In this document: piece after piece, positions 1-11,102 of the stretch
How positions within the stretch are numbered: position 1 is the first letter of the stretch
Layout of the letters: every line of letters begins with the position of its first letter
Source: an uncultured delta proteobacterium
GTDB lineage: Bacteria; Myxococcota; Myxococcia; Myxococcales; Anaeromyxobacteraceae
Assembly: GCA_963814585.1 (NCBI GenBank)
Contig: CAWFDF010000004.1
Coordinates: 256,001 to 320,000 of the forward strand
DNA length: 64,000 nucleotides
Direction of reading: 5' to 3'
Notes under the pieces: model-generated
What the model was told of the DNA's origin: nothing
What the model saw: only the letters and a program-made list of their open reading frames with translations
Databases searched by the model: none
Position numbers and translations under genes: made by a program

Positions 1-1
1 C

Positions 2-1630
<1,629 letters not shown>

Positions 1631-1656
1631 GGCCTGGTGCCCCGATCCAGGGCGCC

Positions 1657-1670
1657 ATGCAGCGCTGCAT
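1657..1670. promoter_or_regulatory. Perfect 14-bp palindrome ATGCAGCGCTGCAT; candidate enhancer (UAS) for the sigma-54 activator
   Basis: Perfect dyad about 190 bp upstream of a -24/-12 promoter. The same CCATGC-N6-GCAT pattern recurs at 7670 and 55873. Confidence 0.7.
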
Positions 1671-1847
1671 CCCGCCCTGGCCCGGGTCGGTGGCTTCGGC
1701 CCCGGCGAGGCGACGGTGCCGGCGCACCAGCCTGGCCCGTCGAGCGGGCGGTACCCGGCGAAAGCCGTGTGGCGTCGGCCGCGTCGCGCCGTCCCGCCGC
1801 GGGGCGGCGCGGGAGCGGCGCCGGTGACCCTCCGCCCGGTCTCCGGG

Positions 1848-1863
1848 TGGCACGCTTCTGGCT
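1848..1863 (+). promoter_or_regulatory. Sigma-54 (-24/-12) promoter of gabD-gdh-gabT
   Basis: TGGCACGCTTCTGGCT with exact GG-N10-GC spacing, directly downstream of a bEBP gene. Confidence 0.8.
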
Positions 1864-1875
1864 CTTCGGGCGGCC

Positions 1876-3342
1876 GTGGCCATCACGGTTCCCCTGAAGG
1901 ACGAGTTCCTGCTCCGGCAGCGCGGCTTCATCCGCGGCGCCTGGTCGGACGCGTCCGACGGCCGCACCATCACCGTCAGGAATCCCGCCAGCGGCGCCGT
2001 CATCGGTACCGTCCCGCGCATGGGAACCGAGGAGGCCCGGCGGGCCGTGCGGGCCGCCGCCGACGCCCTCCCCGCCTGGCGGGCCCGGACCGCCATGGAG
2101 CGCGCCGCCATCCTGCGCGCATGGTTCGAGCTGATCATGGCCAACCGGGAGGACCTGGCCACGCTGATGACGGCCGAGCAGGGCAAGCCCATGTCCGAGT
2201 CGCGCGGCGAGGTCGCCTACGCCGCCGGCTTCATCGAGTGGTTCGCCGAGGAGGCCAAGCGCGTCTGCGGCGACACCCTGCCCCAGCACCAGGCCGACAA
2301 GCGGCTGCTGGTGCTCAAGTCGCCCATCGGCGTGGTGGCCGCCATCACCCCCTGGAACTTCCCCGCCGCCATGATCACGCGGAAGGCCGGGCCGGCGCTG
2401 GCGGCCGGCTGCACGATGGTGCTCAAGCCGGCCAGCGCCACGCCCTTCTCGGCCCTGGCGCTGGCGGAGCTCGGCGAGCAGGCCGGCCTCCCACCCGGGG
2501 TCTTCAACGTCGTCACCGGGGACGCCTCGGCCATCGGCCAGGAGCTGACCACCAACCCCATCGTCCGCAAGGTCACCTTCACCGGCTCGACCGAGGTCGG
2601 CAAACAGCTGATGGCGCAGTGCGCCTCGACGGTGAAGAAGGTGTCGCTGGAGCTGGGCGGCAACGCCCCCTTCATCGTCTTCGACGACGCCGACCTCGAC
2701 GCCGCCGTGGTGGGCGTCATCCACAGCAAGTACCGCAACAGCGGGCAGACCTGCATCTGCACCAACCGGGTGCTGGTGCAGGACGGGATCTACGACCTCT
2801 TCGCCAGGAAGCTGTCCGCCGCCGTGGCCGAGCTCAAGGTGGGCGACGGCCTGAAGGCGGAGACTCAGCAGGGGCCGCTCATCGACGAGGGCGCGGTCCG
2901 GAAGGTGGAGGAGCACATCGCCGACGCCGTCGCCAGGGGCGCCTCGGTGGTCACCGGCGGACGCCGCCACGCGCTGGGCGGCACCTTCTTCCAGCCCACC
3001 GTCATCACCAACGTGACGCCGGCCATGATGGTGTCGCGGGAGGAGACCTTCGGCCCGCTGGCGCCCCTCTATCGCTTCAAGACCGAGGAGGAAGCCATCC
3101 AGATGGCCAACGACACCGAGTTCGGCCTGGCCTCGTACTTCTACACCCGCGACCTGGCCCGGTCCTGGCGGGTCTCGGAGCGGCTCGAGTGCGGGATGGT
3201 CGGCCTCAACACCGGCCTCATCTCCACCGAGATCGCCCCGTTCGGCGGGGTCAAGGAGTCGGGCACCGGGCGCGAGGGCTCGAAGTACGGCATCGAGGAG
3301 TACCTCGAGCTCAAGTACGTCTGCGTCGGAGGCATCCAGTGA
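1876..3342 (+). CDS. gabD: NAD(P)-dependent succinate-semialdehyde dehydrogenase
   Basis: ITPWNFPAAMITRKAGPALAAGC, FTGSTEVGK, ELGGNAP, catalytic Cys in SGQTCICTNR, EETFGP, GREGSKYGIEEYLE. Confidence 0.95.
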   Translation: MAITVPLKDEFLLRQRGFIRGAWSDASDGRTITVRNPASGAVIGTVPRMGTEEARRAVRAAADALPAWRARTAMERAAILRAWFELIMANREDLATLMTAEQGKPMSESRGEVAYAAGFIEWFAEEAKRVCGDTLPQHQADKRLLVLKSPIGVVAAITPWNFPAAMITRKAGPALAAGCTMVLKPASATPFSALALAELGEQAGLPPGVFNVVTGDASAIGQELTTNPIVRKVTFTGSTEVGKQLMAQCASTVKKVSLELGGNAPFIVFDDADLDAAVVGVIHSKYRNSGQTCICTNRVLVQDGIYDLFARKLSAAVAELKVGDGLKAETQQGPLIDEGAVRKVEEHIADAVARGASVVTGGRRHALGGTFFQPTVITNVTPAMMVSREETFGPLAPLYRFKTEEEAIQMANDTEFGLASYFYTRDLARSWRVSERLECGMVGLNTGLISTEIAPFGGVKESGTGREGSKYGIEEYLELKYVCVGGIQ

Positions 3343-6300
3343 GCCGGGAGCCCGTGGTGCCCGGGACGCCATCGCCCCCGCTCGACCAGAGCGTGGAGCT
3401 GGCCATCGGCGCGCTCGCCGGGGAGGCCAGCCGCGGCTACCGCTGGCTGCGCGACTTCGCCCCCAACGCCTTCGCCAGCACGCTGCGCGAGGACGCTGGC
3501 ATCCTGGCCTCGCTGGCGGCCGGCCTGCCGCGCCTGGCCTCCGACCGCGAGCTGATCCTGGTGGACCGGGATCGCGAGCTGACGCTGGCCCGGCTCGACC
3601 GGCCCGGCTCGGTCTTCGAGACGCTGAAGGGAATCGAGGACCGCGAGATCGCCTCGTCGGAGATCTTCCACTCCGACGCCGCCGTCCCCGGCGCCGACGC
3701 CGGCCTGGAGGTGCACCGGTACGAGTTCGCCGCGCCGGACGGCGCGCCGGGCGCCACGCCGTCGGAGGCGCTCCCCTCCCGGGTCCGCGCCGACATCCGC
3801 GCCGCCGCCGCCGAGCGCCACGCCGACCTCCGGGCCGGCGCGCTGGACGAGGCGCTGGACCTGCTCTGGATCGACAACCCGCGCTGGGTGCGGCTGGCCC
3901 CGCCCGCCGACGTGGCCCAGCTGGCCTGGCTGCTCCACGAGTGCCGGGCCCGAGGCGGGTTCTTCCTCGACCTGGTGGAGCGGGAGGGCGCCGGCGAGCG
4001 GCTCGAGTCGACGGTGCTCTTCGCCATGGCCAGCCCGCCCCCACGCGGCTTCCTCATGCAGGTCACCGAGGTGCTCAACGCCCTCAACCTGGGGTTGCGC
4101 CGCTCCCTGGCGCTCTCGGCCACCGCCGACGGCCAGCGCTACCTGCTGGCCAGCTTCCGCGTCGCCCACCGTGAGGGACTGCCGCTGACCCGCGGCGGAG
4201 AGCTCTTCCGCCGGCTGCGGCGCCAGCTCTTCGCCACCCAGATCCTGTCCATCGAGTCGCCGACCTATCGCGACTTCGTCCTGCCGCGGCTGATGACGGC
4301 CGAGGAGGCCGGGCTGGTCAACGCCTTCATCGGCTTCTGCCACACCCAGTGCGCCCACAACCAGACCGACAACTACACCTACGAGGACGTGGTCCGGGCC
4401 TTCCACTTCCACCCCGACATGTCGCTGCGGCTGGTGCGGCTCTTCAAGGTCCGCTTCGACCCCGACCGGCGCGACCGCGACACCGCCTGGCCGGCCGAGC
4501 TGGCCGAGGTGGAGCGCGAGGTGGCGGCCTACAACACCGGCCACCGGCGGCTCGACGAGTTCCGCCGCTCGCTCTTCCAGGTCGCGCTCACCTTCATCAA
4601 GCGCACCCTCAAGACCAACTTCTTCGTGGACGAGAAGCACGCCCTGGCCTTCCGCCTCGACCCGGCCTACCTCGAGGACCTCGGCCCGACCTTCACCGCC
4701 GACCTGCCCCCGGAGCGCCCCTTCCGCGTCACCTTCTTCGCGGCCCGCTACGGGCTCGGCTACCACGTCGGCTTCGCCGACATCGCCCGGGGCGGCTGGC
4801 GCACCATCTTCGCCGACACCCGCGACGACTACGTCACGGTGGCCAACAGCCTGTTCCGGGAGAACTACGTGCTGGCCCACACCCAGCACCTCAAGAACAA
4901 GGACATCTACGAGGGCGGGTCGAAGATGGTGGTGGTGGTGCACGTCCCGGGGCGGCGGCTGCCGGCGGCGCAGGCGCCGCTCCTCCACAAGGTGCAGCGC
5001 GCCTTCATCAACGCCTTCCTCGACGTCTTCGTCACCGACGGCGGGGTGGCGCGCGATCCGCGGGTGGTCGACCACTACCGCGAGGACGAGCCCATCGAGC
5101 TCGGCCCCGACGAGAACATGCACGACGTCATGATCGAGGAGATCGCCCGCATCTCGGTCAGGCGCGGCTACCTGCTCGGCGCCGGCGTGATGTCGTCCAA
5201 GAAGGTGGGCATCAACCACAAGGAGTTCGGGGTCACCTCGACCGGGGTGATGGCCTTCGCCGAGATCGCCATGGCCGAGCGCGGCGTCGACGTGCGCGCC
5301 GACCCCTTCTCGGTGAAGTTCACCGGCGGGCCCAACGGCGACGTGGCCGGCAACGCCATGCGGCTGATGCTGGAGCGCTGCCCCGGCGCCGCCATCCGGC
5401 TCATCGTCGACGGCACCGGGGCGCTGGTCGACCCGGCCGGCCTCGACCGCGAGGCGCTCTCCCGGATCGTGCTCCGGGAGGACGCCGCCGCCTTCGACGC
5501 CGGCCGGCTCCATCCCGGCGGCTTCGTCCTCTACCGCGACCAGCGGCGCGCCGACGGCCTTCGCCAGCTCCACCGGCGGCTGGAGATGACCGCCGCCGGG
5601 CTGCGCGAGGACTGGGTGACGCTCGACGAGTTCCACCAGGAGTTCAACACCCTGCTCTTCCGCGTCCCCGCCGACCTCTTCATCCCGGCCGGCGGCCGCC
5701 CCGAGACCATCGACGCGGGCACCTGGAGGCAGTTCCTCGGCCAGGACGGGAAGCCCAGCGCCGGCGTCATCGTCGAGGGGGCCAACTCCTTCATCACCCC
5801 GGAGGCGCGCCAGCGGCTCCAGGAGGCGGGGGCGGTCCTGCTGCGCGACGCCTCGGCCAACAAGTGCGGCGTCATCTCCTCGTCCTACGAGATCATCGGC
5901 AACCTGCTCCTCGACGAGCCCGAGTTCCTGGCCCACAAGGCGGCCTACGTCCGCGACGTGCTGGAGATCCTGGAGCGCCGCGCCACGGACGAGGCCCGCC
6001 TCATCTTCAAGCGCCACCGCGAAGCCGGCGGGGCGAGGAGCTTCACGGCCATCTCCGAGGCGCTCTCGGTCGAGATCAACGAGCACAAGGCCCGCCTCTT
6101 CCGGTTCTTCCAGGCCCACCCCGAGGTCCAGCTGGAGCCACCGTACCTGGCGGCGCTGCTGGCCCACCTGCCGCGCCTGGTCCGCGACACCCCGGCCTTC
6201 CGGGATCGGGTGCGGCGGCTGCCGCCCAAGTACCGCTCCGCCATCCTGGCCGCCGAGATCGCCACCACCCTGGTCTACCGGCGCCCGCTCGAGCCCGACT

Positions 6301-6389
6301 TCGGGGCGGCCCTCCACGCCTACGTCGAGCAGATGTTCTCCTCGCCGGTTCGAGGGCGCCCGGGGGCGCCGGAAGGAGCTGGATCATGA
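3339..6389 (+). CDS. Large (~1016 aa) NAD-specific glutamate dehydrogenase family protein
   Basis: C-terminal part of ORF 1716..6389; GTG start overlaps the gabD stop (GTGA). Motifs FADIARGGWR, KNKDIYEGGSK, ELGPDEN, GINHKEFGVTSTG, TGGPNGDVAGN, IVEGANSFIT, DASANKCGVISSSYE. Confidence 0.85.
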   Translation: MSREPVVPGTPSPPLDQSVELAIGALAGEASRGYRWLRDFAPNAFASTLREDAGILASLAAGLPRLASDRELILVDRDRELTLARLDRPGSVFETLKGIEDREIASSEIFHSDAAVPGADAGLEVHRYEFAAPDGAPGATPSEALPSRVRADIRAAAAERHADLRAGALDEALDLLWIDNPRWVRLAPPADVAQLAWLLHECRARGGFFLDLVEREGAGERLESTVLFAMASPPPRGFLMQVTEVLNALNLGLRRSLALSATADGQRYLLASFRVAHREGLPLTRGGELFRRLRRQLFATQILSIESPTYRDFVLPRLMTAEEAGLVNAFIGFCHTQCAHNQTDNYTYEDVVRAFHFHPDMSLRLVRLFKVRFDPDRRDRDTAWPAELAEVEREVAAYNTGHRRLDEFRRSLFQVALTFIKRTLKTNFFVDEKHALAFRLDPAYLEDLGPTFTADLPPERPFRVTFFAARYGLGYHVGFADIARGGWRTIFADTRDDYVTVANSLFRENYVLAHTQHLKNKDIYEGGSKMVVVVHVPGRRLPAAQAPLLHKVQRAFINAFLDVFVTDGGVARDPRVVDHYREDEPIELGPDENMHDVMIEEIARISVRRGYLLGAGVMSSKKVGINHKEFGVTSTGVMAFAEIAMAERGVDVRADPFSVKFTGGPNGDVAGNAMRLMLERCPGAAIRLIVDGTGALVDPAGLDREALSRIVLREDAAAFDAGRLHPGGFVLYRDQRRADGLRQLHRRLEMTAAGLREDWVTLDEFHQEFNTLLFRVPADLFIPAGGRPETIDAGTWRQFLGQDGKPSAGVIVEGANSFITPEARQRLQEAGAVLLRDASANKCGVISSSYEIIGNLLLDEPEFLAHKAAYVRDVLEILERRATDEARLIFKRHREAGGARSFTAISEALSVEINEHKARLFRFFQAHPEVQLEPPYLAALLAHLPRLVRDTPAFRDRVRRLPPKYRSAILAAEIATTLVYRRPLEPDFGAALHAYVEQMFSSPVRGRPGAPEGAGS

Positions 6390-7651
6390 GCGACAACGCG
6401 AGCCTCAAGGCGCGCCGGGAGGCGGCCACGCCGCGCGGCGTGGGCATCACCACCCCGTTCTTCGTGAAGCGCGCCGAGAACAGCGAGCTCTGGGACGTCG
6501 AGGGCCGGCGCTACGTCGACTTCGCCGGCGGCATCGCCGTCCTCAACACCGGGCACCGCCACCCGCGGGTGGTGGCCGCGCTGCGGGCCCAGCTCGACGC
6601 CTTCACCCACACCGCCTACCAGGTGGCGGCGTACGAGTCCTACGTGTCGCTGGCCGAGCGGCTCATCGGGCTCACGCCGGGGCGGCACGCCAAGAAGGCC
6701 ACCTTCTTCTCCACCGGCGCCGAGGCGGTGGAGAACGCCGTCAAGATCGCCCGGGCCGCCACCGGGCGGCCCGGCGTCATCGCCTTCTCCGGGTCCTTCC
6801 ACGGCCGGACCATGATGGGCATGGCGCTCACCGGCAAGGTGGCGCCCTACAAGATCGGCTTCGGCCCCTTCCCGGGGGACGTCTGGCACATCCCCTTCCC
6901 GATGGCGCTGCACGGCGTCACCGTGGCGGAGTCGATCGAGGCCCTCCACCGGCTCTTCAAGGCCGACGTCGACCCGAAGCGGGTGGCGGCCATCATCATC
7001 GAGCCGGTGCAGGGCGAGGGCGGCTTCTACCCGGCGCCGCCGGCGCTCATGAAGGCGCTGCGCTCCGAGTGCGACGAGCACGGCATCCTGCTCATCGCCG
7101 ACGAGATCCAGACCGGCTTCGCCCGGACCGGCCGCTGGTTCGCCATGGATCACCACGACGTGCTCCCCGACCTGATGACGGTGGCCAAGTCGCTGGGGGC
7201 CGGGCTGCCCATCTCCGGGGTGGTCGGCCGCGCCGAGCTGATGGACGCGCCGGCTCCGGGCGGGCTGGGCGGCACCTACGCAGGCAACCCCATGGCCATC
7301 GCCGCGGCCCACGCCGTGCTCGACGTCATCGAGGACGAGAAGCTGGTGGACCGGGCCAACCTGCTCGGCGGCCGGCTCACCGCCCGGCTCGAGAAGCTCA
7401 GGGGCCGGGTCCCGGGCATCGCCGAGATCCGCGGCCCGGGGGCCATGCTGGCGGTGGAGTTCATGAAGCCCGGCGCCGGGCCCGACGCCGATCTCGCCAG
7501 GCAGGTCCAGGCCCGGGCGCTGGAGCAGGGGCTGGTGCTCCTGACCTGCGGCATCCACGCCAACGTCATCCGCTTCCTCTTCCCGCTCACCATCCAGGAT
7601 GCGGTCTTCGACGAAGGCCTGGCCATCCTGGAGAAGGCCCTGACGGCGTGA
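6386..7651 (+). CDS. gabT: 4-aminobutyrate--2-oxoglutarate transaminase
   Basis: ATG overlaps the upstream stop, after GAAGGAG. DFAGGIAVLNTGHRHP, TGAEAVENAVKIAR, SFHGRT, EPVQGEGG, DEIQTGFARTG, AKSLGAGLP, GGTYAGNP. Confidence 0.95.
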   Translation: MSDNASLKARREAATPRGVGITTPFFVKRAENSELWDVEGRRYVDFAGGIAVLNTGHRHPRVVAALRAQLDAFTHTAYQVAAYESYVSLAERLIGLTPGRHAKKATFFSTGAEAVENAVKIARAATGRPGVIAFSGSFHGRTMMGMALTGKVAPYKIGFGPFPGDVWHIPFPMALHGVTVAESIEALHRLFKADVDPKRVAAIIIEPVQGEGGFYPAPPALMKALRSECDEHGILLIADEIQTGFARTGRWFAMDHHDVLPDLMTVAKSLGAGLPISGVVGRAELMDAPAPGGLGGTYAGNPMAIAAAHAVLDVIEDEKLVDRANLLGGRLTARLEKLRGRVPGIAEIRGPGAMLAVEFMKPGAGPDADLARQVQARALEQGLVLLTCGIHANVIRFLFPLTIQDAVFDEGLAILEKALTA

Positions 7652-7669
7652 CCACCACGTCCCCAGGCC

Positions 7670-7703
7670 ATGCGCGACCGCATGACGCAGGGCGTTCTTG
7701 CAT
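7670..7703. promoter_or_regulatory. Tandem candidate enhancer sites ATGC-N6-GCAT (7670-7683) and GGGC-N6-GCAT (7690-7703)
   Basis: ccATGCGCGACCGCAT followed 20 bp later by GGGCGTTCTTGCAT; same layout as 55873-55905; about 130 bp upstream of a sigma-54 promoter. Confidence 0.72.
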
Positions 7704-7798
7704 TGGGCGGCACCCTCTGACCAGATCCCCTCGAGTGCCAACCGCCCGTCATCAGGAGCACACGCACATTCCCCTGCACGTCGCACTTCTGCTGGTCA

Positions 7799-7814
7799 TG
7801 GCACATCAAATGCT
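7799..7814 (+). promoter_or_regulatory. Sigma-54 (-24/-12) promoter of the potFGHI-porin operon
   Basis: TGGCACATCAAATGCT with exact GG-N10-GC spacing; GGAGG RBS at 7842 and ATG at 7854 follow. Confidence 0.82.
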
Positions 7815-7853
7815 GTTCACTTGCTACCCCATCGTGAACCCGGAGGCTTGAGC

Positions 7854-8975
7854 ATGATCCCCTCGTCGCCCCGCCGTCTCGCCACACTCGGCTCCCTCGC
7901 GCTGGCCTGCGCGCTCCTCACCACCTCCTCGGCGCGCGCCGAGGAGGAGAAGGTCCTCAACGTCTACAACTGGTCGGACTACATCGCCGAAGACACCATC
8001 GCCAACTTCGAGAAGGAGACCGGCATCAAGGTCCGGTACGACAACTTCGACTCCAACGAGGTCCTCCACGCCAAGCTGGTGGCGGGTCGCACCGGCTACG
8101 ACATCGTGGTGCCCTCGTCCTACTTCGGGAAGATGCAGCTCGAGGGCGGCCTGCTCCGCAAGCTCGACAGGTCGCAGCTCCCGAACTGGAACAACCAGGA
8201 TCCGGTGATCCTGAAGGCGCTCGAGGAGATGGACCCGGGCAACCAGTACCTGGTCGACTGGATGTGGGGCTACACCACGGTCGGCATCAACGTGGACAAG
8301 GTGAAGAAGGCGCTCGGCGGAATGCCCATGCCGGACAACGCCTGGGACCTGGTCTTCAAGCCGGAGTACGTCTCGAAGCTCAAGTCCTGCGGGGTTTCCT
8401 TCCTCGACTCCGCCACCGAGATCGTCCCGGCCGCGGCGCACTACCTGGGGAAGAAGGCCTACTCGAAGGACGTGGCCAACTACGGCGGCACGGCCGAGCT
8501 GCTGGCCAAGATCCGCCCGTACGTCACGCTCTTCAGCTCCTCGGGCTACATCAACGACATGGCCAACGGCTCCATCTGCGTGGCCCTCGGCTGGTCGGGC
8601 GACATCAACATCGCCAAGCGCCGCGCCACCGACGGGAAGACCGGGCAGAAGATCGAGTGCCTGCTGCCCAAGACCGGCGGCGTCGTCTTCATGGACACCA
8701 TGGGGATCCCGGCCGACGCGCCGCACCCTGGCAACGCGCACAAGTGGATCAACTTCATCCTCCGCCCCGAGGTGGGCGCCTCGCTCACCAACAAGGTCTT
8801 CTACGCCAACCCGAACAAGGCGGGGATGAAGTTCGTGAAGCCGGAGGTGGCCAGTGACCGCACGGTCTTCCCGGGCGAGGAGGACATGAAGAGGATGGGC
8901 CTGCCGGGCGCGCTCAGCAACGACTCGCGCCGCGCCATGACCCGCATCTACACCACCTTCAAGACCGGCCTCTAG
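7854..8975 (+). CDS. potF: Putrescine/polyamine ABC transporter substrate-binding protein
   Basis: Signal peptide (..SSARA|EE), LNVYNWSDYIAEDT, GYDIVVPSS, WMWGYTTVGIN, GWSGD. Start reassigned to ATG 7854 from the RBS. Confidence 0.92.
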   Translation: MIPSSPRRLATLGSLALACALLTTSSARAEEEKVLNVYNWSDYIAEDTIANFEKETGIKVRYDNFDSNEVLHAKLVAGRTGYDIVVPSSYFGKMQLEGGLLRKLDRSQLPNWNNQDPVILKALEEMDPGNQYLVDWMWGYTTVGINVDKVKKALGGMPMPDNAWDLVFKPEYVSKLKSCGVSFLDSATEIVPAAAHYLGKKAYSKDVANYGGTAELLAKIRPYVTLFSSSGYINDMANGSICVALGWSGDINIAKRRATDGKTGQKIECLLPKTGGVVFMDTMGIPADAPHPGNAHKWINFILRPEVGASLTNKVFYANPNKAGMKFVKPEVASDRTVFPGEEDMKRMGLPGALSNDSRRAMTRIYTTFKTGL

Positions 8976-9019
8976 GCCAGCTCCGATCGCACCACCCGGA
9001 CCCCCGACCTGGAAGCCCG

Positions 9020-10123
9020 ATGACCCCGGCAACGGCCGTCCCGGCCTACCTGCAGATCCGTGACGTGGTGAAGGACTTCGGCGGCGGAACGGTCGCCGTC
9101 AACCACGTCAGCCTGGACATCCAGCAGGGCGAGATCTTCGCCCTGCTGGGTTCCTCGGGCTGCGGCAAGACCACGTTGCTGCGGATGCTGGCAGGGTTCG
9201 AGATCCCCACCGCCGGGACCATCCTGCTCGACGGCCAGGACCTGGCCGGGCTGCCTCCCTACCTCCGCCCCATCAACATGATGTTCCAGTCCTACGCGCT
9301 CTTCCCGCACCTCACGGTGTGGGACAACATCGCCTTCGGCCTGAGGCGGGACGGGATGTCGAGGCCCCTCATCGCCGAGCGCGTCGAGGCCATGCTCAAG
9401 CTGGTGCAGCTGCAGAAGTACGGCAAGCGCAAGCCGCACCAGCTCTCCGGCGGGCAGCAGCAGCGGGTGGCGCTGGCGCGGAGCCTGGCCAAGCGACCCC
9501 AGCTCATGCTGCTCGACGAGCCGCTCGGGGCCCTCGACAAGAAGCTGCGGGAGGAGACCCAGATCGAGCTGGTCAACATCATCCACGAGGTCGGGGTCAC
9601 CTGCGTCATGGTCACCCATGACCAGGAGGAGGCCATGACCATGGCCACCCGCATCGCGGTCATGAGCGAGGGGAAGATCCTCCAGGTGGGACCGCCGGCC
9701 GAGATCTACGAGACCCCCGCCACCCGGTTCGTGGCCGACTTCATCGGCAACGTGAACCTGATGGACGGCACGGTGGTGCTGGACGAGCCGGACCTGGTGG
9801 AGATCGACTGCGGCTTCTGCCGCCACCGCATCGGCCACGGCATCACCGGCAGCGTGGGCATGGCGGTCAGCGTGGCGGTCCGACCCGAGAAGATCCGGCT
9901 CAGCCGGGAGAAGCCGGAGGGCGAGGTCAACCAGGTCAAGGGGACGGTCCGCGACCGCTCCTACTTCGGCAGCTTCACGGTCTACAACCTGGAGCTGGAG
10001 GGCGGGCGGCGGCTCAAGGTGAGCGAGAGCAACGTCGAGCGCCACCGCGCCGACGCCCCCGACGAGGGGCAGGTGGCCTGGGCCACCTGGCCCGACACCG
10101 CCCAGGTCGTCCTCACGCTGTGA
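9020..10123 (+). CDS. potG: Polyamine ABC transporter ATP-binding protein
   Basis: GSSGCGKTT, MMFQSYALFPHL, LSGGQQQRVALARSL, LLDEPLGALDKKLRE, TOBE-like C-terminus. Confidence 0.93.
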   Translation: MTPATAVPAYLQIRDVVKDFGGGTVAVNHVSLDIQQGEIFALLGSSGCGKTTLLRMLAGFEIPTAGTILLDGQDLAGLPPYLRPINMMFQSYALFPHLTVWDNIAFGLRRDGMSRPLIAERVEAMLKLVQLQKYGKRKPHQLSGGQQQRVALARSLAKRPQLMLLDEPLGALDKKLREETQIELVNIIHEVGVTCVMVTHDQEEAMTMATRIAVMSEGKILQVGPPAEIYETPATRFVADFIGNVNLMDGTVVLDEPDLVEIDCGFCRHRIGHGITGSVGMAVSVAVRPEKIRLSREKPEGEVNQVKGTVRDRSYFGSFTVYNLELEGGRRLKVSESNVERHRADAPDEGQVAWATWPDTAQVVLTL

Positions 10124-10142
10124 CGACAGGCCCAGCCAGCCC

Positions 10143-11102
10143 ATGAGCCGCCCGCCCGCCACCTCGTTCCTCGACCGGATCCACGCGCATCCGGCCTTCC
10201 GCAAGCACGGGCGGAAGGCGGTCATCGTCGTGCCCTACGTCTGGCTGCTGGTCTTCTTCATGCTGCCCTTCTTCATCATCCTGAAGATCAGCGTCCAGGA
10301 CATGGAGGGGGTCACGTTCCAGCCGGTGGCGAAGCTCCAGGATGGCGTGGCCTCCCTGGTCATCAACTTCAACCACTACCTGTTCCTCCTCCAGGATCGC
10401 CTCTACGTCCAGACCTACTGGTCGAGCCTGAAGTACGCGGCGATGACCACCGTCTGGTGCCTCTTCATCGGCTACCCGTTCGCCTACTTCATGGCCCGCG
10501 CCAAGGCCACCGTCCAGCCGGCGCTGATGATGATGGTCATGCTGCCCTTCTGGACCTCCTTCCTGCTGCGCGTCTACGCCTGGAAGGGCCTGCTCATGGA
10601 GGGGGGCTGGATCTCCCGGCTCCTCATCGCCCTCCACGTCGACGACCTGCTGCTCTTCCTCGACCTCATCCCGGCGGCCGGCATGTTCATGAACTCGCCG
10701 TTCTCGCTGGTGGTCGGCATGACCTACACCTACCTGCCGTTCATGGTGCTGCCGCTCTACGCCACCCTCGCCAAGATGGACCTGCGGCTGCTCGAGGCGG
10801 CCGCCGACCTGGGCGCCACCCCCTGGGTCGGCTTCTGGAAGATCACCGTGCCGCTCTCCAAGGCCGGGATCATCGCCGGGTCGATGCTGGTCTTCATCCC
10901 CTGCATCGGCGAGTTCGTCATCCCCGAGCTGCTGGGCGGGCCGCGCACGCTGATGATCGGCCGCGTCCTCTGGGACGAGTTCTTCTCCAACAACGACTGG
11001 CCCATGGCCGCCAGCGTGGCGGTGGTGGTGATCCTGCTCATCATCGTGCCCCTGGCCCTCTTCAACAAGTACCAGGCCGAGGCCACCGAGGCCCGCGCAT
11101 GA
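10143..11102 (+). CDS. potH: Polyamine ABC transporter permease
   Basis: PYVWLLVFFMLPFFIILKIS, LPFWTSFLLRVYAW, EAA loop LLEAAADLGA, GEFVIPELLGG. Confidence 0.92.
   Translation: MSRPPATSFLDRIHAHPAFRKHGRKAVIVVPYVWLLVFFMLPFFIILKISVQDMEGVTFQPVAKLQDGVASLVINFNHYLFLLQDRLYVQTYWSSLKYAAMTTVWCLFIGYPFAYFMARAKATVQPALMMMVMLPFWTSFLLRVYAWKGLLMEGGWISRLLIALHVDDLLLFLDLIPAAGMFMNSPFSLVVGMTYTYLPFMVLPLYATLAKMDLRLLEAAADLGATPWVGFWKITVPLSKAGIIAGSMLVFIPCIGEFVIPELLGGPRTLMIGRVLWDEFFSNNDWPMAASVAVVVILLIIVPLALFNKYQAEATEARA

Noticed and set aside
1750..1775. c-di-GMP (GEMM) riboswitch suggested by CGGC-GAAA-GCCG
   Set aside because: Only an isolated GNRA hairpin, and it lies upstream of the predicted promoter.
1716..7651. 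Apparent giant proteins of 1557 aa and 1100 aa
   Set aside because: N-terminal parts are Arg/Pro/Gly-rich off-frame readings of gabD and gdh; real starts are 3339 and 6386.
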